Shown: positions 63,144 to 64,000 of the stretch, in pieces
Numbering within the stretch: the first letter of the stretch is position 1
How the letters are laid out: each line of letters begins with the position of its first letter
Assembly: GCA_963851325.1 (NCBI GenBank)
Contig: CAWKOR010000002.1
Location: 263,289 to 327,288, forward strand
DNA from: an uncultured delta proteobacterium
GTDB lineage: Bacteria > Desulfobacterota > Binatia > Binatales > Binataceae
DNA length: 64,000 nt
Direction: 5' to 3'
The notes under the pieces: generated by a model
What the model saw: only the letters and a program-made list of their open reading frames with translations
Databases searched by the model: none
Told to the model about the DNA's origin: nothing
Position numbers and translations under genes: made by a program

Positions 63144-64000
63144 ATGAGGTTCCAGGTGCTCGCGCCTGGAGCCTCATTGCTTGAAGCCGCTCTCGCCTTG
63201 CAGGACGGAGCGCGATCGCAGAGGATCGCCGATGTGATCCGTCTGTCGCTGCTGAACCTGATGCGCAATCGGCGCCGCACGATTCTGACCGTGCTGGATA
63301 TCGCGGTCTCAGTCTTCGTGTTGGCAGTTTTGCTCAGTTTGCCGGGGATTGCCGATAGCGTGCTGCGCGATCGCGCCTCTTCATTGCGCGTGATAACTCG
63401 CAGCAAAGCCGGTCCGCTTTATGTTCTGCCTGAATCCTATGGGCGCCGAATCGCGAGCCGTCCTCACGTCGAGGCGGTGAGCGCGTTCTCGCTCTTTTTG
63501 GGCATCTATCATCTCCCGAGCGATCAGTTCCCCAATGCAGCGATCGATCACGAACAGTTACTGGATATCTGGCCGGACTGGGGAATTTCGACGGTCGCGG
63601 CGAATGAGTTCAAGCGCCGCCGCACCGCGTGTCTGGCGGGGCCAGCGCTGATGGAACGCTTTCACTGGCATCTCGGTCAGCAAATCATGTTGCGCGGCAC
63701 CATCTATCCGGTTGACCTCACGTTTCAGATCGTGGGCGAGCTGGGGGATAAAGCGCCGCCGCCCATCCTGCTTTTTCGCCGCGACTACCTCGAGGAGGCC
63801 ACCAATCATCGCGCGCAGGTGAACATGTACATGACGAAGGTCGACGATTCGAGCGCCATCCCGGGCGTGATCGCTGATATCGATCGGACATTCGCAAACT
63901 CGGGGGCCGACACGAGCACCGAAACCGAGCTCGCGTTTTTTTCGAATATGATCGGCAATTTCCGCGCGTTGTTCGCGATCACCAAGGTGGTGGCCCTGAT
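63144..64000 (+). CDS. FtsX/MacB-like ABC transporter permease, N-terminal part (continues beyond the window end)
   Basis: Hand translation: ...IRLSLLNLMRNRRRTILTVLDIAVSVFVLAVLLSL... (TM1), followed by a MacB-type periplasmic domain. No stop occurs before the window end, so it is absent from the ORF track. The start is the ATG at 63144 or the GTG at 63234. Confidence 0.7.
   Translation, partial: MRFQVLAPGASLLEAALALQDGARSQRIADVIRLSLLNLMRNRRRTILTVLDIAVSVFVLAVLLSLPGIADSVLRDRASSLRVITRSKAGPLYVLPESYGRRIASRPHVEAVSAFSLFLGIYHLPSDQFPNAAIDHEQLLDIWPDWGISTVAANEFKRRRTACLAGPALMERFHWHLGQQIMLRGTIYPVDLTFQIVGELGDKAPPPILLFRRDYLEEATNHRAQVNMYMTKVDDSSAIPGVIADIDRTFANSGADTSTETELAFFSNMIGNFRALFAITKVVAL

Noticed and set aside
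1-64000. CRISPR arrays, transposases, integrases, phage genes
   Set aside because: No direct-repeat/spacer structure and no recombinase-like ORF were found anywhere in the window. The only tandem repeats (51205-51740) are directly adjacent and structured, not spacer-separated.

Overview
This is a high-GC bacterial chromosomal window, with no CRISPR array, integrase or transposase seen.

Features in order:
- 1..639 (-): a 5'-partial sigma-54 enhancer-binding protein (EBP) with no receiver or GAF domain. It was translated by hand, because the ORF track only lists ORFs with a stop inside the window.
- 840..2661 (-): a HAD hydrolase, a Bcp peroxiredoxin and a TPR protein.
- 2719..10388 (-): a complete Tad/Flp pilus operon (flp, cpaB, cpaC, cpaE, cpaF, tadB, tadC). 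A candidate sigma-54 -24/-12 promoter and paired 13-bp inverted repeats lie upstream of flp.
- 10794..15035 (+): a lipoprotein, an esterase, and otsA-otsB (trehalose synthesis).
- 15153..17170 (-): a split methylmalonyl-CoA-mutase-type enzyme (catalytic subunit plus B12-binding subunit).
- 17285..17819 (+): a frameshifted, N-terminally truncated Fic-domain remnant.
- 17797..22195 (-): a methylcrotonyl-CoA carboxylase cluster (beta subunit, an alpha subunit apparently split into BC and BCCP ORFs by a frameshift, and an enoyl-CoA hydratase).
- 22299..22371 (-): tRNA-Lys(UUU).
- 22931..24121 (+): a second, full-length sigma-54 activator that also lacks a regulatory domain and is a paralogue of the one at the window start. 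A promoter-like element and palindromes lie upstream.
- 24118..37284 (-): a long co-directional gene train made of a tandemly duplicated sulfotransferase + GT2 glycosyltransferase module, a GabT-like aminotransferase, PBP1C, and a 1,936-aa thioester-containing alpha-2-macroglobulin.
- 37698..39731 (+): squalene-hopene cyclase, followed by a small hypothetical and an MBL hydrolase (39904..41331).
- 41328..46386 (-): UspA, a Crp/Fnr regulator, and a CaiB-type CoA-transferase / BtuF-like binding protein / FAD oxidoreductase cluster.
- 46497..50441 (-): DegP, PadR, and a carotenoid cleavage oxygenase. A fatty-acid-hydroxylase-family membrane protein lies divergently at 50517..51089 (+).
- ~51205..51740: an unexplained, highly structured noncoding tandem-repeat array of ~90-bp units, each ending in a strong intrinsic-terminator-like hairpin. 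This is the feature I consider most likely to be novel (candidate tandem sRNA or attenuator array).
- 51816..54003 (-): a DUF3052-like protein and a beta-lactamase-family serine hydrolase.
- 54126..55950 (+): a tiny Trp/Pro-rich membrane peptide ORF, then a di-haem cytochrome c peroxidase.
- 55954..59362 (-): an enoyl-CoA hydratase, and an NhaP Na+/H+ antiporter fused to a cNMP-binding domain.
- 59892..64000 (+): an ABC ATPase with an ABC-2 permease, a Cys-less HesB/IscA-like protein, and a 3'-partial FtsX/MacB-like permease.

Many long ORFs in the track are antisense artefacts of the high GC content and were rejected.
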